A stretch of DNA of 40,000 bases, taken from the NCBI GenBank assembly GCA_039809385.1, contig JBDHUY010000006.1, forward strand, positions 67,527 to 107,526, read 5' to 3'. Numbering within the stretch: the first letter of the stretch is position 1; every line of letters starts with the position of its first letter. This document shows positions 1 through 9,986 of the stretch, piece by piece. The notes beneath the pieces were generated by a model that had not been told where the DNA came from, made no database searches, and saw only the letters and a list, made by a program, of their open reading frames with translations. The position numbers were made by a program, and so were the translations under genes. Origin of the DNA: Candidatus Altimarinota bacterium. Lineage in GTDB: Bacteria > Patescibacteriota > Gracilibacteria > JBDHUY01.

Positions 1-759
1 CATATCGCGCGGATGGGGTGCGGTAAAGTGCACCCAGGGGATACCGATTTGATTTATTTCCCACAACAGTGCGGCAAAATCGTCCCTGTAAGGATTTTGA
101 GAACTCTTCCAGTCGTTATCTTCGGGATGATAGCTATTTACATTTTGGCCCAAGAGCGTAACAAGCTGATAATCGCGTTCTTTTAATGCACGGATTTCCT
201 GCAAGACTTCGACGCCGGTCCGGCTCTTTTCACGCCCCCTGGAATAGGGTACGATACAGAAGGTGCAAAACTTGTTACAGCCGCTCATGATGGGCACAAA
301 CGCTTCAAACGAGCTGGCATATTTTGACCCCAGCTTGAGATAGGCGACTGGCGAGTCGCTGGTAAGATCGTCGGTTACTTGTTCATAGCGCAGTTCGGTG
401 ATTTTCTTAGGAAGATTTTCGATTTCGGAGATCGGAAAATACAGATCGACCATCGGCATACGTTTCCACAGCTTCTTTTTGGTGTCATGTCCGACCATGC
501 AGCCGGTAACACCCAAGATCAGATGAGGTCTGGCTTCTTTCAATTTGCCATAATTGTGCATGAGTCCGTAGACGCGATCTTCGGCATTTTGGCGTACAGA
601 ACAGGTATTTAGAATAATAATATCGGCCCGTTCGGGCTGATCAGTTTCAGACATATCGATCCCTTCCAGCACCAATTTGAGGCGTTCGGAATCGCTTTTA
701 TTCATCTGACAGCCGAAGGTTTGGATGAAATAGTGTTGGGAGGAAGAGTTGGAATGCAT
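1..759 (-). CDS. miaB: MiaB-family radical-SAM tRNA methylthiotransferase; N-terminal 253 codons only, C-terminus lies beyond the window start
   Basis: My own translation of the minus strand from the ATG at 759-757 gives MHSNSSSQHYFIQTFGCQMN, the N-terminal Cys motif of MiaB. The radical-SAM motif FVPIMSGCNKFCTFCIVPYS is at 300-241. The frame stays open to base 1 (...FTAPHPRDM). It is missing from the ORF track because it runs off the edge. Confidence 0.8.
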   Translation of the reverse strand, partial: MHSNSSSQHYFIQTFGCQMNKSDSERLKLVLEGIDMSETDQPERADIIILNTCSVRQNAEDRVYGLMHNYGKLKEARPHLILGVTGCMVGHDTKKKLWKRMPMVDLYFPISEIENLPKKITELRYEQVTDDLTSDSPVAYLKLGSKYASSFEAFVPIMSGCNKFCTFCIVPYSRGREKSRTGVEVLQEIRALKERDYQLVTLLGQNVNSYHPEDNDWKSSQNPYRDDFAALLWEINQIGIPWVHFTAPHPRDM

Positions 760-993
760 AGGAACATGAACCGATACCAATATACGAATGTATACTAATA
801 CTACGGATTAAATACAAAACCCCAAGTCAAAATTATAGTCTACAGCCAGAAAGGTACAAAATAGTATTATTTCTCGATTCCGATGGTCAGGCATTTGCCC
901 GGTATATTTGACTATCTTCGTTTTCAAGTATGCCATCTGAACTTTAGAGGTGAGTATAGTATCCTTTTACCAAAAATCACTCTATCAGGCACT

Positions 994-1428
994 TTACTTT
1001 GTATGAACATCTGTTCCAAAGACAAACCGAATCAATTGATTGGATAGAATGAGTTGGATATTTTTTCGTCTCTCATCATCTTTTTGAAGAGCCAATACCT
1101 TCAAGAGGCTTATGAAAAATTCCGATTGACTAGCCAAATGCGCCTCAAGATAATTACATACTTCCTGATTCAGTGATTGTTCCCAAAAATACTGTAAATA
1201 TATCTTCTGGAATTTTTCATAGCATTCTTTCAGGACAATATCATTGGGCTGAGTGGAATCTGGATTGGACGAGTGCATCTGGGCAAATAGGGGTTGTAAT
1301 ATCTCCACAAGACCATCTGATACACGTTTGACATCAACATCGGTGTTACCAGAAGCATCAGGGCTATTGTTCATGGATACGGAAGAAAATAGTATTTTGG
1401 GCACTATTCTAGCAGTGTCAATATACAT
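994..1428 (-). CDS. hypothetical protein with no recognisable motif; alternative start MNNSPD at 1374
   Basis: 144-codon ORF in the same orientation as its neighbours. The sequence is non-repetitive and looks helical. No family recognised. Confidence 0.45.
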   Translation of the reverse strand: MYIDTARIVPKILFSSVSMNNSPDASGNTDVDVKRVSDGLVEILQPLFAQMHSSNPDSTQPNDIVLKECYEKFQKIYLQYFWEQSLNQEVCNYLEAHLASQSEFFISLLKVLALQKDDERRKNIQLILSNQLIRFVFGTDVHTK

Positions 1429-1515
1429 TGGCTATGGAAAATAAAATAATACGCCTTGGTTTGGCGAATTTCATAAAAGAATAGAATAGATAGATCACTA
1501 TTCCATTACCATCTA

Positions 1516-2007
1516 TTACGGAAGATCTTCCGTACAAGCCTTTTTCATGATATCCGAGGTAATCTTATCACAGATCGTCTTATCTTTTTTTTGTTTGGCG
1601 AGCGTTGAATAACAAGTCACGCGCAAAATGTCGTTGGCATCCTTTCCGATCTTTTCGCATACGCTTGGGTCAGTTTTCTTTACCGCCACATTTGTATAGC
1701 AAACTGCTTGTAAAGAGGAATCATTGCCAAACTTCGTATCACAAATACTGATATCACCCGAATTTCTGGCTTCATTGGACCAACAACCGGCTTCACAAAG
1801 TTGCTGTCCTTTACCAGTACTTCCTGTCAGAGCCTGGCATCCTGCCAGACAGGTATCGATATTTTGAACCGCTGCCTTCAGAGCGGTATTTTTTGCATCA
1901 TCCAAAGCCTTTGAGGCCGGACTACCGGAATAATTTGTCGGCCCGGTAGAAGTACAACCGGATACGATGGCCAGAAATAAAACTGCTGAAAAGAATAATT
2001 TATGCAT
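1516..2007 (-). CDS. Cys-rich lipoprotein
   Basis: The signal peptide ends in a lipobox (MHKLFFSAVLFLAIVSGC). The mature part has many Cys residues in a recurring pattern (ISICDTKFG, SVCEKIG, TICDKIT alternating with xxCYxxxA). Confidence 0.65.
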   Translation of the reverse strand: MHKLFFSAVLFLAIVSGCTSTGPTNYSGSPASKALDDAKNTALKAAVQNIDTCLAGCQALTGSTGKGQQLCEAGCWSNEARNSGDISICDTKFGNDSSLQAVCYTNVAVKKTDPSVCEKIGKDANDILRVTCYSTLAKQKKDKTICDKITSDIMKKACTEDLP

Positions 2008-2042
2008 ATACGGAGAAAAGGTAAAAGAGATAATGTTCTATT

Positions 2043-2423
2043 TCATGCGAAAAAATCGTCCAGTTCGTCCTGTTTTTCGGCAAACCCCCATCCTTCCACG
2101 ATTTTATGATTCACATCGAGGCGAAAGACATGCGCTCCGTCCATATCCACTCGTTTGCCTTTACGCTCTCCTCGAAAATGCACCGTCGCCACTACCAAAT
2201 TTGTATTTTCCATAAGGTGTTTCACTTCGAATTCCCATCGATCAAGCGGCGCCATTTTGGCAGGCATTTCGGTAAAGTAAGCTTCGCCGCGGTAATTGCC
2301 CGAAACTGGATTGCTTCCCGGAACATGCCAGACGAAATCAGGAGCAAAATAGGAACGTTCCAGTTCGGATCCGCCATGGGAGAAAGCATCGTACAGACGT
2401 TGAACTGTTTCAAGGTAGTTCAT
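2043..2423 (-). CDS. SnoaL/NTF2-like (ketosteroid-isomerase-fold) protein
   Basis: 126 aa. The N-terminus MNYLETVQRLYDAFSHGG plus the size and alternating beta-pattern (VATVHFRGERKGKRVDMDGAHVFRL...KIVEGWGF) are typical of the SnoaL_2/NTF2-like superfamily. Confidence 0.65.
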   Translation of the reverse strand: MNYLETVQRLYDAFSHGGSELERSYFAPDFVWHVPGSNPVSGNYRGEAYFTEMPAKMAPLDRWEFEVKHLMENTNLVVATVHFRGERKGKRVDMDGAHVFRLDVNHKIVEGWGFAEKQDELDDFFA

Positions 2424-2441
2424 AAAGAGAAGACTAAGAAG

Positions 2442-3074
2442 TTAGATGGTCTTGCTCTTGGTAGAAGGTCTCTTTTTGGGACTACGCTCCTCGAGTCTGA
2501 CCTGCAGACTGGCCAAAATACTGATACCGATCTGCATAGCCCATTCGCGTGCTTTTACATCGATATCGGCGCCGTGAGACGCGCGATTTAAGACCGATAT
2601 CAAGTCATCCAAGATACCCCGTTCCTGAAAAGAGATCAGCTCGTAACGAGTGAGATAAGAAAGCAATTCCCGTATTTTTAAATACTGAACTTGTTCTTCT
2701 CCCTGTTCGTTTTTTTGGGCTATCAGGCGCAATTTCTTTTCGATTTCAATGCGCAAGCCGGTCAATGATAGGTTCGGATCTTGATTATAGATCTGACGAA
2801 ACGTATCCGAAACTTTATCCGTTTTTTTCTGCTGATGCGAATTGAGCAAACCGGCATGTCTGGCCTGTTCGGCTACATCTTCCAGTTCTTTGAACTCAAT
2901 ACTGAGGTTGCCCCAGGCAAAGCTTTTGAGCAATGGATAAAACCACGGAAAGAGCGCAAACGCAAACAGAAAAATGGTTACCACGTCGATCGGTAGTTGC
3001 GGAAAGATGATCCGCAAGACAATGAGCAGAATCGCGATCAGACTGATCAACCAGGGAAACAGGGAACGGGACAT
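2442..3074 (-). CDS. membrane protein with a helical C-terminal domain (weak DUF4145-like resemblance)
   Basis: Two N-terminal hydrophobic helices (WLISLIAILLIVLRIIF, VVTIFLFAFALFPWFY). The C-terminal segment LRIEIEKKLRLIAQ...ILDDLISVLNRASHGADID weakly recalls the DUF4145 helical module. Confidence 0.55.
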   Translation of the reverse strand: MSRSLFPWLISLIAILLIVLRIIFPQLPIDVVTIFLFAFALFPWFYPLLKSFAWGNLSIEFKELEDVAEQARHAGLLNSHQQKKTDKVSDTFRQIYNQDPNLSLTGLRIEIEKKLRLIAQKNEQGEEQVQYLKIRELLSYLTRYELISFQERGILDDLISVLNRASHGADIDVKAREWAMQIGISILASLQVRLEERSPKKRPSTKSKTI

Positions 3075-3231
3075 GTTACAATCCGTAATTAAAGATGGAC
3101 GGACCGATAGAGAAACGATATGTCGTCAGCATACCATACCCGTTGGCAGGGTTCAACCAAGAAAACCAATCAAAATAAACATATTTTCGGTCAACATAAC
3201 AAGAAAAAATGCAACTATATCGCAGGAAGTC

Positions 3232-4320
3232 CTATAGTTCTGCTAAAATCTTTGCTAGGTTTTTACGTCCATTATCAGTCAGCAACTTGGTGTAAAGTTC
3301 GCATTGTGGCCATAATTGACGAAGCGTCATAATAAGAACAGTAGCATGCTGAAGGGAACCAACGTTGAGAGCATCAATGAGGTTCGATCGGAGGTTGGAA
3401 TAAATTGTCATTTCCTGGATATCAAATTGATGGTTACGGGAAAAGTGAATCCACTGCATCATGTCTTCCAAAGAAGCCTCTATATCAGGTCGTTTGAAGC
3501 TTACAGCCTTAAGGTTCGCATGTACTTTGTTGAGAAGCGCCATCTGAACAACCGTTCGAAAAGGAAATGGCGAATCATGGCGCATAACATGCAATATATA
3601 TTTCAGCGGCCCCGGAATTTTATACTCCGTTTCTGCGGAAACCAGACAGAACCAGAATTGAAGATCGTCCTTTTTCCCCAGGTTAATGAGCACATTAAGC
3701 AATGTCCCGTAATGATAGTGGACATACGCCAGGAGAAAATTCGTCAATCTTAAGGGGATGTTCCCTTCCAGTGCTTGTCGAAGTATCAAAAAAAAGTCTT
3801 CGTATTGCGGCGGATCGCTCACAAATCGATGGTGCAGCTCATTCTCAAAGAATCTGGCCTTCGCTTGGTCAGCGTAACGGGACATTCGTTGCAGAATAAT
3901 ATCTTGTTTGAATGCTTCAAAAAAAGAATCGATCGTGGCTGATGCAGCTTGTATAGCTTCTAGCAAGATTGAAGCATGGTGCTGTTGATTCAGCTGAAGC
4001 ATGTGCAATTTGGTTGTAAGAAAATCTTCTACGTCAAACTTTACGTCGAGGCACCGGGAGTTAATGTCCACAAGGGCATGAAACTGGGCGCAGATATTTT
4101 TATAATAATCCGATAGGGCAAACGACTTTCCACCATGACTATGAAAACCTTCATGTCTTGGATTTTTGTGATACTGATAGAAAAGTTCGATATACGAACT
4201 TAAAACCTTCAGACATTGTTCATATTCCTTGTAGATTTTTTCCCGTTCCGAATCATGCCTATTTGAGGTGACCGGCAACGTAAAATGGTCGCCTTCGAAA
4301 GGATCTGGTACATCAGCCAT
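3232..4320 (-). CDS. hypothetical protein, 362 aa, helical orphan
   Basis: Long uninterrupted ORF with normal amino-acid composition, no signal peptide and no recognisable motif. Confidence 0.6.
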   Translation of the reverse strand: MADVPDPFEGDHFTLPVTSNRHDSEREKIYKEYEQCLKVLSSYIELFYQYHKNPRHEGFHSHGGKSFALSDYYKNICAQFHALVDINSRCLDVKFDVEDFLTTKLHMLQLNQQHHASILLEAIQAASATIDSFFEAFKQDIILQRMSRYADQAKARFFENELHHRFVSDPPQYEDFFLILRQALEGNIPLRLTNFLLAYVHYHYGTLLNVLINLGKKDDLQFWFCLVSAETEYKIPGPLKYILHVMRHDSPFPFRTVVQMALLNKVHANLKAVSFKRPDIEASLEDMMQWIHFSRNHQFDIQEMTIYSNLRSNLIDALNVGSLQHATVLIMTLRQLWPQCELYTKLLTDNGRKNLAKILAEL

Positions 4321-4588
4321 GAAAAGTATGGTTTTCTTTAGAAAAAAGCGCCACTATGCTAACAGTCATTTATAAAATGTCAAACCATACTTTCGATTAT
4401 TTTTCCTTACATTGTTAAAGTAAATCGGATTATAGTCTCTATCAGTGTCACGAGTCTTTGTCATTCTGAAAACTCTAAAAAAAGCGTAGAAATAACATCA
4501 CAACAGATAAGATACGGTAAAGATTTACAGCGAATAATAGCCAAGTAAGCAGGAAGAGAAACAGAGAACTTTAATTTTACACCTTCCC

Positions 4589-4610
4589 GGCTTGATAGTA
4601 TGATCAAGCC
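4589..4610. promoter_or_regulatory. perfect 8-bp inverted repeat overlapping a candidate promoter upstream of crtI
   Basis: The repeat is ggcttgat-agtatg-atcaagcc. TTGATA (4592-4597), a 17-nt spacer and CATACT (4615-4620) form a sigma70-like promoter spanning the palindrome, about 100 nt upstream of the crtI ATG. Confidence 0.25.
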
Positions 4611-4714
4611 TGGCCATACTCATGGGCCGCAGACACAAAGAACATGGCTATGCTGGCAATACAGCAGAAAAAGAGATATCAGCTCGTTTACTTCTTTCTC
4701 CAATAGAAATTCCG

Positions 4715-6190
4715 ATGAAAAAAAAAGTTGTGGTTATCGGTGCCGGATTTGGCGGACTCAGCATTGCCGCCTTATTAGCTCAGGACGGCTATGACGTGAC
4801 GGTCGTAGAGAAAAACGATCAATCCGGCGGCCGGGGGATGATGTTTAGCGACGGCGAGTTCCGTTTTGATATGGGACCATCATGGTACCTGATGCCCGAA
4901 GTATTTGAGCGTTTCTTCGCGCTTTTTGATAAAAAACCGGAAGATTATTATCGCTTACAAAGACTGGATCCCTCTTACCGTATATTCTTTGGTCCCCAGG
5001 ATTGGGTAGATATTGTGGCAGACTTAGAGAAGAATCTGGAAACGTTCGAACAAATGGAGACTGGCGCGGCCCAAACACTGAAGAAGTATTTAGAAAAGTC
5101 CAAGTACCAGTATGAAGTTTCCATGCAAGAATTTTTGTACAAAGACTACACCTCGATTCTAGATTTTTTTAACAAGCGGATGCTCATAGAAGGCAGCCGG
5201 TTGAACGTATTCGAAAACCTGGACAAGTATCTCAAACGGAACTTTAAAAACGAGCGGCTGCGTAAAATTTTGGCGTACAGTATGGTATTCCTCGGTGGCG
5301 CGCCCAACAATACACCGGCGATCTACTCACTCATGTCGCATATCGATTTTAACCTGGGCGTATGGTACCCGTTGGGCGGTATGAATGCAGTTGCGCGGGG
5401 GATCGAACGTTTAGGAACAGAGCTCGGAGTGGAATTTGTGTACAACCAGGAGGTCAAAAAAATTCTGGTCAACAGCCAAGGCCGAGCTACCGGGATTCTC
5501 ACCAAGACGGGCGAACTCGCGGCCGATCTGGTGATCGGTAATGCGGATTATCACCATATCGAAACTGTACTCCTTGACCCGGAATACCAGTCGTATACGG
5601 AAGCATATTGGAAAAAAAGGACAATAGCCCCTTCGGCTTTTATTTTGTATGTAGGATTGACGAAGAGATTAAAGGGATTAATTCATCACAATCTGAGTTT
5701 CGAATATGACTGGATGAAACATTTTGATGACATTTTTAAAAATCCGGTGTGGTCCGAAAATCCCTCGTATTATATTTGCGCTCCGGCCAAAACCGAGCCC
5801 GGCATGGCGCCGCCGGGAGGAGAAAACCTGTTTATCCTGGTTCCGCTGGCTGCCGGACTCCGTGATACCGACGAGGTGCGGGAAAGGTATACCGAAAAGA
5901 TCCTGCGCCATCTGGAAGTCTTGTTAGGAGAGTCGATTATCGACGCGATAGCGGTAAAGCATATCTTCAGCCAGCGCGATTTCTTTACTACGTTCAATGC
6001 CTATAAAGGCACAGCGCTGGGGTTAAGCCATACACTTTTTCAGACAGCCTTTTTCCGCCCCCGGCATAGAAGCAAAAAAGTGAAAAATCTCTATTTTACC
6101 GGTCAGTATACGCATCCGGGCATTGGGGTTCCGATCTGTCTGATTTCATCCCAGATTGTACGAGATCTGATAACGAATCAATCCAGATAA
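4715..6190 (+). CDS. crtI: phytoene desaturase (CrtI family FAD-dependent carotenoid desaturase)
   Basis: MKKKVVVIGAGFGGLSIAALLAQDGYDVTVVEKNDQSGGR is the dinucleotide-binding fold. The C-terminal LYFTGQYTHPGIGVPICLISSQIV matches the bacterial-type phytoene desaturase signature region. I moved the start to the ATG at 4715, directly before the Rossmann motif. Confidence 0.85.
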   Translation: MKKKVVVIGAGFGGLSIAALLAQDGYDVTVVEKNDQSGGRGMMFSDGEFRFDMGPSWYLMPEVFERFFALFDKKPEDYYRLQRLDPSYRIFFGPQDWVDIVADLEKNLETFEQMETGAAQTLKKYLEKSKYQYEVSMQEFLYKDYTSILDFFNKRMLIEGSRLNVFENLDKYLKRNFKNERLRKILAYSMVFLGGAPNNTPAIYSLMSHIDFNLGVWYPLGGMNAVARGIERLGTELGVEFVYNQEVKKILVNSQGRATGILTKTGELAADLVIGNADYHHIETVLLDPEYQSYTEAYWKKRTIAPSAFILYVGLTKRLKGLIHHNLSFEYDWMKHFDDIFKNPVWSENPSYYICAPAKTEPGMAPPGGENLFILVPLAAGLRDTDEVRERYTEKILRHLEVLLGESIIDAIAVKHIFSQRDFFTTFNAYKGTALGLSHTLFQTAFFRPRHRSKKVKNLYFTGQYTHPGIGVPICLISSQIVRDLITNQSR

Positions 6191-6322
6191 TCAATGCGCC
6201 TAAAGATATTCTTTTTATTGAGGATACGTATTGACTGTACAAGATTAAGGAAAGTGTTCAGGTGGGATCTGGCGTATTTCAGTCGGTGGAAAAAAAGCAT
6301 CTGATAAAGAAAGCGTCTCTTT

Positions 6323-6913
6323 CTACACAACGGGTGAATTTTTTATCCAGCCTATCGGATGTACACTATTTTTCATAGCTCCATCTGGAGCGCGTAGGGA
6401 GAACTTCGCGTCAATCGTGATTCCGACTACGGTGTGTGGAGTAGCTGCTTGGGAAGTACAAACTATGTCGCCGATCTTTATTCCCTGTTCTTCGATATAG
6501 CGAAAGTTGGAATACGGGCTACTGGAACTAATACGATTCGAAGACGAAGTAAATGCCTGGAACGATATTGGTTCTTTCGTTATTTCACGCATTAAAGAGC
6601 AATATCGGGCATAGCATAGTTCCTGAGATTTACGTCTCATCCAATCCTCCACCACCAGAGATGCGGCACGTTCCTCGCTGGCATTTTGTGGATCGTTAGA
6701 CATTAGTTTATTGAGTCGATCGCGTGCAGCCGTAACCAGGCCAGCTACCTCGGCAGAAAACTGAGCATAAAAATCCTGGGCTTTCTTTTGCATCACCTGG
6801 ATGACTAACGCATGCATTCTATCTTGAGCTCTATCTTCAGGAGAATCTGGAACGCCATTGGTCATAAAAAAAGTATCGTAAACGTTATAAAAAGTACCAC
6901 TGGTAAAAAACAT
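6323..6913 (-). CDS. hypothetical protein, oppositely oriented inside the carotenoid cluster
   Basis: 196-codon ORF with no recognisable motif. It fills the gap between crtI and the synthase gene. Confidence 0.45.
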   Translation of the reverse strand: MFFTSGTFYNVYDTFFMTNGVPDSPEDRAQDRMHALVIQVMQKKAQDFYAQFSAEVAGLVTAARDRLNKLMSNDPQNASEERAASLVVEDWMRRKSQELCYARYCSLMREITKEPISFQAFTSSSNRISSSSPYSNFRYIEEQGIKIGDIVCTSQAATPHTVVGITIDAKFSLRAPDGAMKNSVHPIGWIKNSPVV

Positions 6914-6976
6914 TTCACAGAGCTGTCATATTGATTAGAATAAGCATACTTCTTTGTATTCTCGTAACAAATCAGT

Positions 6977-7813
6977 GTGATTACAGAAACAAATTCACAA
7001 GCATCTATTTTTAAAAGAGGCAGCACTACATTTTTCACCAGCAGTTTATTTTTTCCGAAAAAGGCACGCGAACAAGTAACAACCCTCTATGCTTTTGTGC
7101 GTACGGCAGATGACTTTGTCGATTCAATTCCTCAAGCAAAACAGAATTTCCTGAATTTTAAGCGGCAGTATTATACTACAATAAAAAAAGGCGGCAAGTG
7201 TAATTTTTCAGTTATTTCGAACTTTATCGTTTTACAGCAAACAGCACAATTCTCCCAGGAATGGGTTGACGCCTTTTTACACTCCATGGAAATGGACTTG
7301 CACAAAAAGAGCTATCAAGATTTTGTAGAACTGGACGAATATTTATACGGATCCTCCGAAGTGATCGGACTGATGATGGCAAAAATCATGCAGTTGCCCA
7401 ACGAAAGTCTGCCCTACGCCAGACAGCTCGGTAAAGCGTTCCAATATATCAATTTTATCAGAGATATTGCCGAAGACTGGGACTTGGGAAGAACCTACAT
7501 TCCTCAATCCGAATTAGCTAGATACAATCTTAAGACAATAGATCCGTCGGTAGCCAAGGCTGAACCCGAAAAATTCGCGTACCTTCTACGTAGACAACTT
7601 GATATTTTCGAACAATGGTTGAAAGAAGCAGAAAAAGGTTTTCATTTCTTACCCCGACACGCTAGAATTCCAATAAAAACAGCCACTGCCATGTACCGGT
7701 ATACCGCTAAAAAAATTATGCAGAACCCCTTGATCGTACTGCGGAACAAAGTAAAACCGCATAAACTCAGGATTCTCGCGCAAGCGATCTCTTATTTTTT
7801 GACCGAACGATAA
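6977..7813 (+). CDS. crtB: phytoene/dehydrosqualene synthase (squalene/phytoene synthase family)
   Basis: Family signatures are present: TLYAFVRTADDFVD (first Asp-rich region), YLYGSSEVIGLMM, and GKAFQYINFIRDIAEDWDLGRTYIP (second Asp-rich region). The start is GTG. C40 (CrtB) versus C30 (CrtM) cannot be decided by eye. Confidence 0.8.
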   Translation: MITETNSQASIFKRGSTTFFTSSLFFPKKAREQVTTLYAFVRTADDFVDSIPQAKQNFLNFKRQYYTTIKKGGKCNFSVISNFIVLQQTAQFSQEWVDAFLHSMEMDLHKKSYQDFVELDEYLYGSSEVIGLMMAKIMQLPNESLPYARQLGKAFQYINFIRDIAEDWDLGRTYIPQSELARYNLKTIDPSVAKAEPEKFAYLLRRQLDIFEQWLKEAEKGFHFLPRHARIPIKTATAMYRYTAKKIMQNPLIVLRNKVKPHKLRILAQAISYFLTER

Positions 7814-7820
7814 TTTCTCC

Positions 7821-8879
7821 ATGCAACGCTATCTGTCAACCAGAAGAGCAAAGATTCAACGCGCCATCCAGTATTTTCTCGGAAAAGAAAGACAACGATA
7901 CGTGTCAGTAAATCAATGGAGCAACGATGTATTCGACCGTCTCCTTGATTTTTGCCAGAAAGGCAAAATGCTACGTGGCATTATGGTCGTTTTTGCCTAT
8001 GAAGCCTGCGGGGGCAAGAATATGAGAATAGCTTACCAACTAGCTGCAGTTATGGAATTCCTCCATGCCACTCTCCTGATTCACGACGATATCATGGATC
8101 GCGACATACTGCGCCGCGGAACATACTCGATTCAAGGACAATACAACCGCTACGCTACACAAAAAGGCTACCAGGACGCCGAACATTTCGGACATAGTAT
8201 GGCAATCAACGTAGGAGACATTGGATTTTTTTTGGCGCTGAAGCTACTTCGGCAAACGATCAATGGGCACAAACACGAAAAAAACATGACAGAATTAGTC
8301 TATCAAGAACTTATTTCCGTGGGTCTGGCCCAGATGGAAGACATGGCTCTGGGTTTTGAGCAAGAAATCCCCGATCAGGGCCGGGTAAGTCAAATGTACT
8401 ACCATAAAACAGCTCGTTATAGCTTCATACTGCCTCTGCTGATCGGCACAATCCTTGCAGGTGGATCGCGCGTATTGCAACAACAATTTACAACAATGGG
8501 CGAATCACTGGGAATTTTATACCAGATCAAAGACGACGAATTGGGGTTGTTTGGCAATGCGGCAGAGGTGGGCAAAACCTCAGGGCTCGATATCATCGAA
8601 GGGAAAAAGACGATGGCCCTTTTGGCCCTATTTCAGGCATGCAACTTTACGGAACGGAAAAAACTGAAAACCATTCTGGGCATCCGGCAGACGAATACCG
8701 CCATGGTGCACTGGGTCATACGCTTAATGGAAAAATATCAGATCTCGGACGAACTGCATGCAAAAGAGGAGATAATAGGAGAAAAAGTGCGAAAGATTAT
8801 AAAGCGCCTCAAAGTCAAAGCAGAGTACAAAGACACGCTCAATGACTTTTTGGACTATAATCTCACGCGAACCCGTTAA
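7821..8879 (+). CDS. polyprenyl diphosphate synthase (candidate GGPP/FPP synthase)
   Basis: The first Asp-rich motif LLIHDDIMDRD and second motif YQIKDDELGLFG are those of trans-isoprenyl diphosphate synthases. It starts 8 nt after the synthase gene. Confidence 0.8.
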   Translation: MQRYLSTRRAKIQRAIQYFLGKERQRYVSVNQWSNDVFDRLLDFCQKGKMLRGIMVVFAYEACGGKNMRIAYQLAAVMEFLHATLLIHDDIMDRDILRRGTYSIQGQYNRYATQKGYQDAEHFGHSMAINVGDIGFFLALKLLRQTINGHKHEKNMTELVYQELISVGLAQMEDMALGFEQEIPDQGRVSQMYYHKTARYSFILPLLIGTILAGGSRVLQQQFTTMGESLGILYQIKDDELGLFGNAAEVGKTSGLDIIEGKKTMALLALFQACNFTERKKLKTILGIRQTNTAMVHWVIRLMEKYQISDELHAKEEIIGEKVRKIIKRLKVKAEYKDTLNDFLDYNLTRTR

Positions 8880-8884
8880 CCTCT

Positions 8885-9736
8885 ATGGATCTACAGGCAT
8901 TGCTGAAGTCATCCCGGCCGCGTTTCTGGCTCTATCTGGCTGGACCGTACGCGCTTGGGTATGCGGCCGGAGTAACAGACATCTATGCGCTGGGAAACTG
9001 GCATTTTTTGATCCATCTGATCTATTTTCTCGTGCCCGCCAATATCCTCCTATATGGCATTAACGATCTGTTTGACCGGGAGACAGATCGTACGAATCGA
9101 AAAAAAGATAAAAAGGAACATCGCTTAAAGCCAACGGAAACGCGCAATCTCATACGAATCGTATTAGTCGTAGGGATCTTAAGTTTCATACTATTGAGCG
9201 CTTCGAAGAGTCTAACCGAGTTTCTATTATGGCTGTTTTTTTTGGGACTCTCGGTATTTTACAGCACCCCGCCACTGCGTTTCAAGGCTCGTCCGGTGCT
9301 TGATTTTGTCAGCAATATTCTCTACATCGTCCCTGGCATATTGGCTTATACCCAGGTCACCGGGAAAATAGCTCCCGCCGAAATCTGGATCGCCGGGGCA
9401 GCCTGGACCGGCGCAATGCATCTGTACTCGGCGATTCCCGATATCGAGAGTGACAAAAAAGCCAAGATCTCTACTACGGCAACTCGGTTAGGTCATTCAT
9501 TATCGCTGTTGCTGTGCGTCCTGCTTTGGACAGTCAGCCTTCTTATCGCTCTTACCAAACAAGAGTTATGGCCCTGGAGCTTGATGGGCATTCTTTACCC
9601 CTTAATTCCGCTGGTATTGATCTTTCAAAAAAAAGAGATGGTGGAAAAGGTCTACTGGTATTTCCCGCTGCTCAACGGGATCATGGGTTTTGTGCTTTTT
9701 TGGCTGTTGGTTGGGCAGAGTGTGGCAGCTTATTAG
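8885..9736 (+). CDS. UbiA-family membrane prenyltransferase (candidate carotenoid/lycopene elongase-like enzyme)
   Basis: Polytopic membrane protein with the UbiA motifs NDLFDRETD (NxxxDxxxD) and IPDIESD (DxxxD). It starts 6 nt after the polyprenyl synthase gene. Confidence 0.75.
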   Translation: MDLQALLKSSRPRFWLYLAGPYALGYAAGVTDIYALGNWHFLIHLIYFLVPANILLYGINDLFDRETDRTNRKKDKKEHRLKPTETRNLIRIVLVVGILSFILLSASKSLTEFLLWLFFLGLSVFYSTPPLRFKARPVLDFVSNILYIVPGILAYTQVTGKIAPAEIWIAGAAWTGAMHLYSAIPDIESDKKAKISTTATRLGHSLSLLLCVLLWTVSLLIALTKQELWPWSLMGILYPLIPLVLIFQKKEMVEKVYWYFPLLNGIMGFVLFWLLVGQSVAAY

Positions 9737-9986
9737 ACAAGATAGACGAGAATAATTGGGCTGTGTGCGGTTTTACAATATTTCTTATGTACGATTAAAT
9801 TTCACGAACATTCCAAATCCTGAACCCCCTAGCCCCCTTATCAGGGGGAACGGAAAAAGTTCTTTCTTCAAATTACCATACATTTGTGTATTTGTGCCCT
9901 TTAGACTCGTTTGACTATTTCGACTTTTGTACCTGTCCTAATTTTGAATTTTGCACTTTTCACTTTGCATTTACTGACTACTCCTC

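Noticed and set aside
2106-2591. A 161-aa plus-strand ORF overlapping the NTF2-like gene
   Set aside because: It is antisense to two well-formed minus-strand genes (2043-2423 and 2442-3074) and has His/Arg/Phe-rich shadow-like composition.
4622-4714. N-terminal extension of crtI in the track (MGRRHKEHGYAG...)
   Set aside because: The FAD-binding fold of CrtI-family enzymes starts within the first 10 or so residues. The ATG at 4715 (MKKKVVVIGAGFGG) fits this, and the extension has no homologous logic.
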